A DNA stretch of 64,000 bases from Parcubacteria group bacterium. GTDB lineage: Bacteria > Patescibacteriota > Minisyncoccia > Moranbacterales > UBA2206. Under the pieces are notes generated by a model that was not told where the DNA came from, did not search any database, and saw only the letters and a list, made by a program, of their open reading frames with translations. Below, piece by piece: positions 9,332 through 17,655 of this stretch. Where the stretch lies: assembly GCA_041659505.1 (NCBI GenBank), contig JBAZYF010000003.1:86026-150025 (forward strand), written 5' to 3'. The position numbers were made by a program, and so were the translations under genes. How positions within the stretch are numbered: the stretch's first letter is position 1; the number at the start of each line of letters is the position of its first letter.

Positions 9332-10426
9332 TTATTTCCCCGATTTTCTTCTATTGCATTCTTTGCATAACATTTGGCAATTCTTTGCAACAGTTTTTCC
9401 GCCCTCATGCCAAGGATTTATATGATCAGCTTCCATTTCTTCAATTTCAAAATGTTTCTTGCATTTTTTACAAATGCCTTTTTGTCGCTCATAGGCTTCC
9501 AGCTTCATTTTCTCGTTAAACGCTCGAATATTGAGATATTTTTCTTCACCAGTTAGCACATACCAGTACACGCCTTTTTTGCTGTCAACGTCTTCGTCGG
9601 CAATCAATCGCGCAACTTCACTCTCCAATTCTTCTGCATCTAATTTAGTATTCTTAAATTTACCATATAATTCTCCCCACTCGATTCCTTTCATCATCTT
9701 ACGATATTTTGGAAAAACCATTCGCACCCACTCAATCACTTTTTGAAAATACGCCCATAATTCCTCAGCAGTTGCATCATGTTGATGTTTCCCCATATAG
9801 TCTTCAATTTTATCATTACTAATCCAGCGAAGTACTGTTTCCAAATATTCTTGACGATTTAATGCTCCCCCCATATAGTCATTAGCCGAAAGGGATGCTG
9901 GAGCATTGCTCTTACTAAAATATCGCTTAGCATCAGTTACCCAAGTCCCCGAGTAGATAGCATTTAATAATTCTTGATTCGTTAACTTTTCACCCGCAGT
10001 ATTAATAACCTTAAACCATGCCAATTTCTCATCATATGTACCTTCGCAAAAATAAACCATGAGCTTATAATCCAAAATCTTCGCTTTTTCTTTTTCAGTT
10101 AGATTGTCGAAATACATTTGATATTCACGATTTGTAATGTTAAAGTTACCAGCTACAAAATTACAAATGCTAACTGTGCGCTGTTGTCCATCAAGAATTT
10201 CAAAGCTTCCATCATTATTCTTTACCCAATACATTGCATTTAGCGGAAAACCTCCAATCACTGAATTTATTACAGCAATTTGTTGTTCGGGTTTATAAAT
10301 AAATTCACGCTGATACTTCGGACGAATATCTAATTTTCCGCCATATCCAACCACACCCTCTTCATCGCTATCCTGATATCCAGCAAAAAGTTCACGCACT
10401 GGAATTTCATTTAGTTCAATTTCCAT
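9332..10426 (-). CDS. DUF262 (ParB/GmrSD N-terminal-like) domain fused to a C-terminal HNH endonuclease
   Basis: N-terminal ILDGQQRT motif typical of DUF262. C-terminal CKKCKKHF..ADHINPWHEGGKT..NCQMLCKECNRRK is an HNH zinc-finger nuclease motif. Confidence 0.65.
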   Translation of the reverse strand: MEIELNEIPVRELFAGYQDSDEEGVVGYGGKLDIRPKYQREFIYKPEQQIAVINSVIGGFPLNAMYWVKNNDGSFEILDGQQRTVSICNFVAGNFNITNREYQMYFDNLTEKEKAKILDYKLMVYFCEGTYDEKLAWFKVINTAGEKLTNQELLNAIYSGTWVTDAKRYFSKSNAPASLSANDYMGGALNRQEYLETVLRWISNDKIEDYMGKHQHDATAEELWAYFQKVIEWVRMVFPKYRKMMKGIEWGELYGKFKNTKLDAEELESEVARLIADEDVDSKKGVYWYVLTGEEKYLNIRAFNEKMKLEAYERQKGICKKCKKHFEIEEMEADHINPWHEGGKTVAKNCQMLCKECNRRKSGK

Positions 10427-10427
10427 A

Positions 10428-11486
10428 TTATTTTTTTCGTTTAATTAAAATTCGATTATATATTTTCCTACCTTCAATTAAAGTAAAACATTCGTAACCA
10501 ATCCATCTTGCAGAATTAGCAATGCCCAATATTTCAAACTGCGCTGGGCTATATTTATCAACAAAGGTAATCGGTACGCCCATTACACTCTCATAATCCA
10601 TTGGAATATCAGCAACTTTATCAACATTTATAACGTTGTAGTTATCGTATTTTGGAAATTCTCCCGGCGTATATTTCTTATATAACACTATTTTTTCATG
10701 ACGTTTTGTATTGTCGAGGTTTGTATACCACACAATTCTACCCATACTGAAAAACTTTGTACCATTTTCAATTTTTATTCTTGACTCTGTCTCAATATCA
10801 TAATCATTGGGAACCTGAAACCATTTTGTACCACCATTGTCGTAGCCGTGCCACAATTTATTTTCTTTGATGAAACCGAAAGTTTCTTTATAGGTTACTG
10901 CATTTTGGTCGCCAAGAATCAAAAACTTCTTGTTATATTCAATCAATTGCGCAACATATTCCCGAAACAATGAAAAAGGTGGATTAGTCACCACGATATC
11001 TGCTTGTTTTAAAAGTTCTATACTTTCTTCACTTCTAAAATCTCCATCGCCTTCCAACGGTGCCCATTCATTGTTTTTGTTTGCTTTGAGTTGTTCAGCA
11101 ATATCACGCAAATCAAACGCACCATCACCGTCGAGATCGCTAACTTCATTGATAATGAATTTATTGGCCGTTAATTTTGGACGACCCTTTGTTATGGGCA
11201 GTGTCTTATTATCTCCAAATAATCCAAGTTGAGTATTAGCAATTGGTGATGGTTTGTAACTTGTAGCGATAAGTTTCTTTAGACCCAAAGCATTAAAATT
11301 TGAGGCAAAATACTTAAAAAAGTTACTCTCGAAAGGATCGTCACAATTGCAATATACCACCTTGTCACGAAATTGTTCTTTATAGTGTTTTAATTCCTTT
11401 TCAATATCAACAAGCTGAGTATAAAACTCATCTTTTTTTGCCTTGTTGGCTTTATGCAAATTACTGTTTAATGACTTATTTTCCAT
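10428..11486 (-). CDS. N6-adenine DNA methyltransferase, gamma-class (N6_Mtase-like)
   Basis: Motif X-like DEFYTQ followed by catalytic motif IV VVTNPPF. 1-nt gap to the downstream gene. Whether it is an orphan or R-M-linked MTase is unresolved. Confidence 0.65.
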   Translation of the reverse strand: MENKSLNSNLHKANKAKKDEFYTQLVDIEKELKHYKEQFRDKVVYCNCDDPFESNFFKYFASNFNALGLKKLIATSYKPSPIANTQLGLFGDNKTLPITKGRPKLTANKFIINEVSDLDGDGAFDLRDIAEQLKANKNNEWAPLEGDGDFRSEESIELLKQADIVVTNPPFSLFREYVAQLIEYNKKFLILGDQNAVTYKETFGFIKENKLWHGYDNGGTKWFQVPNDYDIETESRIKIENGTKFFSMGRIVWYTNLDNTKRHEKIVLYKKYTPGEFPKYDNYNVINVDKVADIPMDYESVMGVPITFVDKYSPAQFEILGIANSARWIGYECFTLIEGRKIYNRILIKRKK

Positions 11487-11490
11487 GAAA

Positions 11491-12402
11491 TTACTTATTC
11501 AAATCATAACTTTGCTTGATTAAAATAAAAGCTGATTCAAGGTCTTTTTCATCTTTTAATTTCACCTCATAATCTCCATTGCCCCAGTGTCCCTTTTTAG
11601 GTTTTGTGAAGTCTGTAGATATTTCAAACAAATCAACCAATTCACCACTTTTTACATTAAGTGTGATTCGTATTTCATCCTTATGAATAATCAGGTCGGC
11701 AAAGTTGGTTGCTGTTTTGTAGGCTATATAAAATTTCTTTGGCTCCTCTTTTATTTCCTCGTCGATGGAAATAATTTTTTCGCGCAATTTGTAAAAAAGA
11801 TCTTTTGTTTTTTGATCGGTTTTTTTCAGGTGGTCATCAATCGAATAATTTTTTTGTAGAACCTCGTGCTTTTCTTTTTGATTTTTAGACTTTTTGATAA
11901 TTCCAGAAGTAGAAATTTTTATTTTCTGATAGTTTTCCGGCTCAAGAAAAAGAAGATCGTTTTCATAGATCCTGTATCTCAAAAGTTCGATGTTAATTGG
12001 TAAAATATCTGCCGTGTCTATATCAAATTTGTTATAATTTTCCGCGACACAAATTACCCGCGGAGAATCCCAATCAATATCAATTTTGATATTTTTGTTT
12101 TTGCATAAAAATTCAAAATCAGCTTTGTGATCCAATAGCCAGCGCAAATATGAAAGACCTTGATTGATAACGCTATCGTTTTGATTTTTCTTATACTCAA
12201 TAATGCAGGGTGAGCCATTTTTATCTATACCCAAGGTATCAATCCTGCCCCCGAAACTAGTCGAATATTCATGAGCTAAAAAATCAATATTCAAAATTTC
12301 TTCCAGATTATTTTCAAATAATTTCTGCAAGTCCTTTTCTAGGCCTAAGTCTTTCGTTACTAATTTTGATACCTTTGGATTTTGAATCTTAAATAATGCC
12401 AT
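11491..12402 (-). CDS. NucS/DUF91-like PD-(D/E)xK endonuclease (candidate restriction endonuclease)
   Basis: GGRIDTLGID...GSPCIIEYKK gives a D...E.K nuclease core in a DUF91/NucS-like arrangement. Immediately upstream of the MTase with a 4-nt spacing. Confidence 0.45.
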   Translation of the reverse strand: MALFKIQNPKVSKLVTKDLGLEKDLQKLFENNLEEILNIDFLAHEYSTSFGGRIDTLGIDKNGSPCIIEYKKNQNDSVINQGLSYLRWLLDHKADFEFLCKNKNIKIDIDWDSPRVICVAENYNKFDIDTADILPINIELLRYRIYENDLLFLEPENYQKIKISTSGIIKKSKNQKEKHEVLQKNYSIDDHLKKTDQKTKDLFYKLREKIISIDEEIKEEPKKFYIAYKTATNFADLIIHKDEIRITLNVKSGELVDLFEISTDFTKPKKGHWGNGDYEVKLKDEKDLESAFILIKQSYDLNK

Positions 12403-12648
12403 CTAATTTAAACTTATTTTTTCCAATCTTTAACAAAACCCATCCACACACTTGACGGCTACTTCTTATTTCCCTTTTTTGTGACTTTTCCAATATTTTA
12501 ATAATACTCCCGAACGACCATAAAGTAAAGGAAAACAGCCCCTATTTCGCCAAATTCTGCCCTACGGGCGTTTTTCATATCGAAATGGTACAAGTACCCC
12601 AAAGGCAGGTCAGCTTCTCTCTGCCCCCAATATTCCGTGCAACCCGCC

Positions 12649-14613
12649 CTACTTGTATTCCTCCAAAAATTCCAGCATTTCCTTTTGTTCGGCGAGGGCT
12701 TCTTTGGCTGATTTTTCGACAGATGCGAGCATACCCTCAAAAGCCACTTTGTTTTCCACCGAGGTGACGCCGCTCAAATGCTTTCGTGCTTTCTCGGTGT
12801 GAAAAAGTGCCTTATTGCATACTTCCTGGATTACCTCATACCAAAATATTTTTTGCAGTTCCTTGATCTCTTTCTTCAAATCCAATTCTTTGAGGCTCTT
12901 GTTCCCGCCTCGTCTTGAGTATTTTTTCAAAACCTCAATTACCGTCGGGCTTAGTTGTCCTTTTTTGAGATCATCTTCCCAATCATGCGCGTCGTCATTA
13001 AGCTGTCTGGCGATTATATAATTTTCAAAGAATGCGAGTAAGTTTTTTATTTCTGAAGACTCAATGTTTTTTGTGTGAAAATACAACACAGCTATTGATC
13101 CCAACGCGTGACCGATGGAACGATCGGCGAGTCTTTCTAATGTTCCAAAATCAGGCAATCGGTCGGGAATCGTCAATCGTGATCCGGCTACCTGCGCTCG
13201 GCAATTAGTTGTCTCCCAGGCATTAGCAGAATCAATCCTGTCCATTGTGTTTTTGAAAAATTGTAAAAATTTTTCATCCTTCGCAAAAGTTTCGCAGTAT
13301 ATTAATGTTAATTCGCGAAGGCAGATATTGGCCAAGGAAAGAAACCTCGGGTCACCTTCGCCATCGAAAAAATCATCATAAATCGTATAGGCTATCCAGC
13401 CATAGAGACTGGCCACTTCCAGTTCAATGAGAATATTCTCATCCACAGCCTTATTGCTCCCCAGCGATTTTTGAAAATAATAGGGCAAGAGGGTTACTCG
13501 ATTTGCGTTGTCTCCTTTCAATATCCTTTTCCTGACAGCCAGAAAATTCTCAGTCAGTTCAGAATTGAAATTAGAAAATCTTTGATCTGTTAGCTTGATT
13601 ATCCTTTTATGTATCCTTTCCTGCTCCCTGTCTATTTTTATTTCTTTTTTATTCTTGACCGACTCATCTTCAGTCAAAAATTTTCCCACAGTTTCCAGAC
13701 AGAATGCCGTTGTAAGTTCCGCGCTACCGGAATAATGTTTTTGTTTCTTTTCTATTTTTTCAACCACGAAGGGATAGGCTTTCCACTCTCCATTTATTTT
13801 GTTTTTCAAGATAGATCCCAGACTTTCCTCCAGTTTTTCCTTATTGTGCCCTAGGTTAATAAGCGCGCTGACTGCCAGTGCGGTTTCCAAGGGATTACCC
13901 CAAGAATGATTCTTGTGCCTATTTTCCAAGAGATAGGAAATTATTTTGTCTTTCTTTTTTCCTTTGTACCAGCGAGAGATAAAATAAATGATGGCGTATG
14001 GGGATTGATAATAGGGAGAGCTGTATCTTCCAGAATCAATCGCTTCTTCCGCGAGAGCAGTCAGACTTTCCAGGGTCACGTCCTGAAGCGAAAGAAAAAA
14101 CGCAATGTTGCTGTTGACCGCCAAATCAATGTCTTTCCAGTCTTTGCCTGCATTCTGTGGAGTGAGCCACGTATAATACGGCCCGCCTTCTTTGCTCTCG
14201 CAAAATGTGAGAAGATTGATGACTTTAGCGATGGCTCTTATGGAGATAATTTTTTGATTATGCTTGGTCAGTGCGACCATAGCGCAACAAGTATCATCCA
14301 AATCGTCCGGGTACGGCGTATCTTTGCTTTCCGGCGAATTTCTTTTCCAATAATTCCACGACCAAAAATCGCTTTTTTGGCTCATCAGAAATTTTGCAGT
14401 TTTGCTTCTTACATTATCAAGCGCCTTTGAACTGGGAAGATTATTGAGACTCGCTAAAATTAAGCACGTGGGAAATGCGGATTGGTTTTCCCTGGATGCA
14501 TTGAAATCTTTTGAAGTTGAAACAAGATTGGAAAAACTTCCGTCTTTTTTTTGCCTTTGATCTAAATAATCAATACTCGCCTTTATCGTTTTGTCTATAT
14601 AGCTATGGTTCAT
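12649..14613 (-). CDS. terpene-synthase-like protein: N-terminal SHC-like class II (alpha/alpha toroid, DxDDT) region plus C-terminal class I (DDxxD) domain
   Basis: The ORF track extends to 14841 through an R-rich junk N-terminus overlapping the histidine kinase gene. A start at ATG 14613 (MNHSYIDKT...) is more plausible. Motifs: PYPDDLDDTCCAMVAL (compare SHC PYYPDVDDTAVV); QW-like repeats (DGSFSN, EGGPYYTW, NHSWGNPLETALAVSAL); C-terminal IYDDFFDGEGD and NDDAHDWED. Confidence 0.5.
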   Translation of the reverse strand: MNHSYIDKTIKASIDYLDQRQKKDGSFSNLVSTSKDFNASRENQSAFPTCLILASLNNLPSSKALDNVRSKTAKFLMSQKSDFWSWNYWKRNSPESKDTPYPDDLDDTCCAMVALTKHNQKIISIRAIAKVINLLTFCESKEGGPYYTWLTPQNAGKDWKDIDLAVNSNIAFFLSLQDVTLESLTALAEEAIDSGRYSSPYYQSPYAIIYFISRWYKGKKKDKIISYLLENRHKNHSWGNPLETALAVSALINLGHNKEKLEESLGSILKNKINGEWKAYPFVVEKIEKKQKHYSGSAELTTAFCLETVGKFLTEDESVKNKKEIKIDREQERIHKRIIKLTDQRFSNFNSELTENFLAVRKRILKGDNANRVTLLPYYFQKSLGSNKAVDENILIELEVASLYGWIAYTIYDDFFDGEGDPRFLSLANICLRELTLIYCETFAKDEKFLQFFKNTMDRIDSANAWETTNCRAQVAGSRLTIPDRLPDFGTLERLADRSIGHALGSIAVLYFHTKNIESSEIKNLLAFFENYIIARQLNDDAHDWEDDLKKGQLSPTVIEVLKKYSRRGGNKSLKELDLKKEIKELQKIFWYEVIQEVCNKALFHTEKARKHLSGVTSVENKVAFEGMLASVEKSAKEALAEQKEMLEFLEEYK

Positions 14614-16081
14614 TTCTAATTGGAAATTCAATAATAAATTTGCTTCCTTGCCCCCAGATGCTTTCAACCTTGATTGTTCCGCCAAAATCTTCCTCGACCG
14701 TGTTTTTTGCGGTTGCCAGTCCAATCCCCGCTCCCTTTTGCGGACCCTTGGTGGTAAAAAACGGATCAAATATCTTATTGCGGATTTCTTCCGAAATCCC
14801 GCCTGCCCGATCTTCAATGGAAATAACCGCCTTTTCGCCACGCTTTTCCAACCCTATCTTTATTTCTTTCCCCTCTTCATTGCTCATTTCATATGCGTCC
14901 AAGGCGTTGAGTATGATATTGGTTACCACATGATTGAATCTGACCGCGTTTCCGTAAGTAAGGATATCAAAATCGCCGCATAGCTTGATATCGACTTTTT
15001 CCGTTTTCAGTTTGTATCCCAGTATTTTGGCGACACCGAGTATCTCTTTCTTGGCCGAAAACAACGCTTCTATTTTTTGGTTTTGAAATTGCTTCTTGGC
15101 ATCTTCGATATATTCCGATATAGCCGCTTTATTATCATTGGCCTGCTTCAAATATTCTCTAATCTCAACCAATTCCTTTTCTCCCCCCTCGGTCGCCTGC
15201 TCTATGTTCAGAAAAAGAAAATTGATATGATTTATAAGGTCGTGGAAAAGTCCGGAGGAAATTTTGCCGAACTCGATAAACCTGGAAGCCTGATTGATTT
15301 TCTCCATTTGCGCCTTCTCTAACTCTCTTGTCCTTTCCTGAACTCTCATTTCCAGCATATCCCGTTCTTCTTTGAGTTCCGCTTCGGATTTTCTCGCTCG
15401 TTTTAATGACCTTTCAATTTCACGATTAGAAAGCCAGGAAACGATGGCGATGACCATGAAGGTTACAGAAAATTGTATGGCATCTTTGATGTCTAATGTT
15501 TCAGGCTTCCAATACACATTAGGTTGTGTCACACCGCTAAGTTGAAAATATGTCACCGCTAAAATAGCGAGGGCTGTCGCGAAAGCAATTCCAAATGCGA
15601 AGCGCGAACCAACCAAAACACCTGACGCCACAATAATAAACGCGTAACCGAGGAGCGCCTCTGGAACATCGGCGCCCCAATGAAAAGCGGTGTAGGTGGT
15701 CAAAATGAAAAAGATTGCTATGAAAACATAGGAGACAAAAACGAAAAGTTCCGCTCGGGAAAGTAAATATAAAACAACAAAGCTAAAAAATACAATCAAT
15801 ATATTGCTCAACGGAAAACCTCGATATTCCAAGCCGACCTTATTTGCTTGATATGCAATAATGAGCGAAAAGGTTGCCGACAAAACAATGGCGGACAATA
15901 GTAAAACATTCAGTATGAATTCGTGGCGCCTGGAGTCTTCGCTTTTTGACTTCGGTTTTATTACTTTTTCAAATAACAAAAAGACACTTTTTTGAAAAAC
16001 GCCAGAGTTGGAAATATCCTTTTCTTGTAGATCGTTTTTCATATAGTGTCTTTTTATAAAAAGCCTACGCCATCGGAGCAT
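14603..16081 (-). CDS. sensor histidine kinase (multi-TM sensor, HisKA H-box, HATPase_c)
   Basis: Six to seven predicted TM helices. H-box FHDLINHINFL. G-boxes (GAGIGLATAK, GGTIKVESIWGQGSKF). Confidence 0.75.
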   Translation of the reverse strand: MLRWRRLFIKRHYMKNDLQEKDISNSGVFQKSVFLLFEKVIKPKSKSEDSRRHEFILNVLLLSAIVLSATFSLIIAYQANKVGLEYRGFPLSNILIVFFSFVVLYLLSRAELFVFVSYVFIAIFFILTTYTAFHWGADVPEALLGYAFIIVASGVLVGSRFAFGIAFATALAILAVTYFQLSGVTQPNVYWKPETLDIKDAIQFSVTFMVIAIVSWLSNREIERSLKRARKSEAELKEERDMLEMRVQERTRELEKAQMEKINQASRFIEFGKISSGLFHDLINHINFLFLNIEQATEGGEKELVEIREYLKQANDNKAAISEYIEDAKKQFQNQKIEALFSAKKEILGVAKILGYKLKTEKVDIKLCGDFDILTYGNAVRFNHVVTNIILNALDAYEMSNEEGKEIKIGLEKRGEKAVISIEDRAGGISEEIRNKIFDPFFTTKGPQKGAGIGLATAKNTVEEDFGGTIKVESIWGQGSKFIIEFPIRNEP

Positions 16082-16296
16082 TGCTCCATGGACTGGCGAC
16101 GCTCACCATCGACATGACAAATGCACTCAATGCGACAGCCTTTCTGGCCTTCTTGCTCGTTAGAATTTTTTTGATGATTTTCTTTTTCATTTCTTCGTTA
16201 TTTTAATTTTTTGATAAAAATAATCCCTCGACCAAGAATTACAAATTTAATTGTATCAAAGCGAGGTAAAGAAAAAGTAAAGAAAATATCAAGAAA

Positions 16297-16968
16297 TCAA
16301 TCCAGTTCCATTTTGTAGCCTCTTCCGTTCACAGTTTGAATCAGGCTCACCTTTCTCCCAATGTCGATCTTGGCACGCAAGTTTCTGATATGTGATTTCA
16401 AAGTATTGGAAAAAGTATCTAAATCCATGTCCCACACGTGCTCCATGATATCTCCCTGCGACAGCGTTCGACCCGTATTTTTGGCTAGATATTCCAAGAG
16501 CATAAATTCTTTTCGCGTGAGATTGATGCTTTTCTTTCCTCGTTTCACCTCATGATTTTTGGTGTTCATGATCAAATCCCCGATTTTTATTGTTTCTCTG
16601 ATTGTGGCGTTCGGGCGACGCAGTAGCGCTTTCACTCTGGACAAAAGTTCCCGAAAAGAAAAAGGCTTGGTCAGATAGTCATCCGCACCATTATCCAAAA
16701 GATCCACCTTGGTGGTAATATCCGACAAGGCCGAAAGCATTATGATTTTCACGTCTTTCTTTTTTTCGCGGATCGCCTGGCACACTTCCAGTCCGCTTTT
16801 CTTGGGTAGCACGTTATCAAGCACGATTAAGTCATAATCATTGCAACGGCCGAGGAATGCTCCCTTCTCGCCATCCGTTGCCACGTCAACAGCAAAAAGT
16901 TCCATCTCAAGATTCGACTTGAGAAAGTCGGAAATTTTAGGGTCGTCGTCTATGACTAAAATTCGCAT
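16297..16968 (-). CDS. OmpR-family response regulator (REC + winged-helix)
   Basis: MRILVIDDD...D receiver motifs. C-terminal trans_reg_C pattern (LTRKEFMLLEYLAKNTGRTLSQGDIMEHVW...GRGYKM). Confidence 0.8.
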   Translation of the reverse strand: MRILVIDDDPKISDFLKSNLEMELFAVDVATDGEKGAFLGRCNDYDLIVLDNVLPKKSGLEVCQAIREKKKDVKIIMLSALSDITTKVDLLDNGADDYLTKPFSFRELLSRVKALLRRPNATIRETIKIGDLIMNTKNHEVKRGKKSINLTRKEFMLLEYLAKNTGRTLSQGDIMEHVWDMDLDTFSNTLKSHIRNLRAKIDIGRKVSLIQTVNGRGYKMELD

Positions 16969-17427
16969 ACTATTTTCAGGATGCTAATATTTCACCTGCC
17001 TATACTTTAGCACCTAATCTTTTCTTTGCCCATAGAAAAGTTACCCACAAAAGAAATCCCTGCGATTAGCAGAGATCTCTTTTTGGTTTAGATTCAATTT
17101 TGTCTCCTGGCTTATTCCTATGAAACAACTGCGAAGAAAGGCGCGCACTCGTGAGAGTATTTTCTTCATAGTGTATTTGCACTGGAATAAAAATCGCTAG
17201 GTGATGGATAGCATAAATATTTTTTGCTGCAACTAAAAATTATTTTTTCTTGGACGCCCAGTCCACGTCGACCTTCTCTTGGCATCCATCCCCTAGGATG
17301 CCTCGGAGCAAGAACTGTTTTTTTGCTTCCAAAAATATTAATAAACTAAAATAATTATACTCATCGCAAAGATAAATTTCAGTAAAAATTTGGTAAAATT
17401 TTTATAAAGCTCTACCCCTTGTTCTTT

Positions 17428-17655
17428 TCATGAGACTGAGTCCTCTGGAGCATCCTTCATTTTCTTGAGAAAACCGCGCCTGGTGCGCGATGCCACTTTC
17501 CACCAATTCACAATTTGGCCGTTTTTTATTTCAATCACAACCCGCCCGAAGCCTTCCGCTTCAATAGATGCCAAATCCTTGGCGATTTCCGAAAGGAGCA
17601 GATTGCGCTCCCGCTCATTGGATATATTTGTTTTTTGCTTATTTATTCGGTTCAT
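17428..17655 (-). CDS. small DUF2292/YezD-like protein
   Basis: GRVVIEIKNGQIVNW resembles the YezD family core. Last gene of the phage-like block. Confidence 0.3.
   Translation of the reverse strand: MNRINKQKTNISNERERNLLLSEIAKDLASIEAEGFGRVVIEIKNGQIVNWWKVASRTRRGFLKKMKDAPEDSVS

Noticed and set aside
12498-12767. Two small overlapping ORFs (80 and 60 aa), plus the first 76 codons of the 730-aa ORF (14614-14841)
   Set aside because: R/P-rich low-complexity translations in an intergenic GC-transition zone, or overlapping the HK gene out of frame; no support as genes.
17230-17320. GC-rich hairpin region (ggcatcc...ggatgcc) in the RR/prophage gap, examined as a possible tRNA or att site
   Set aside because: No cloverleaf could be fitted (no T-arm consensus). 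Similarity to the right prophage flank is only an 11-mer with a mismatch (cgaccttc), which is within chance.
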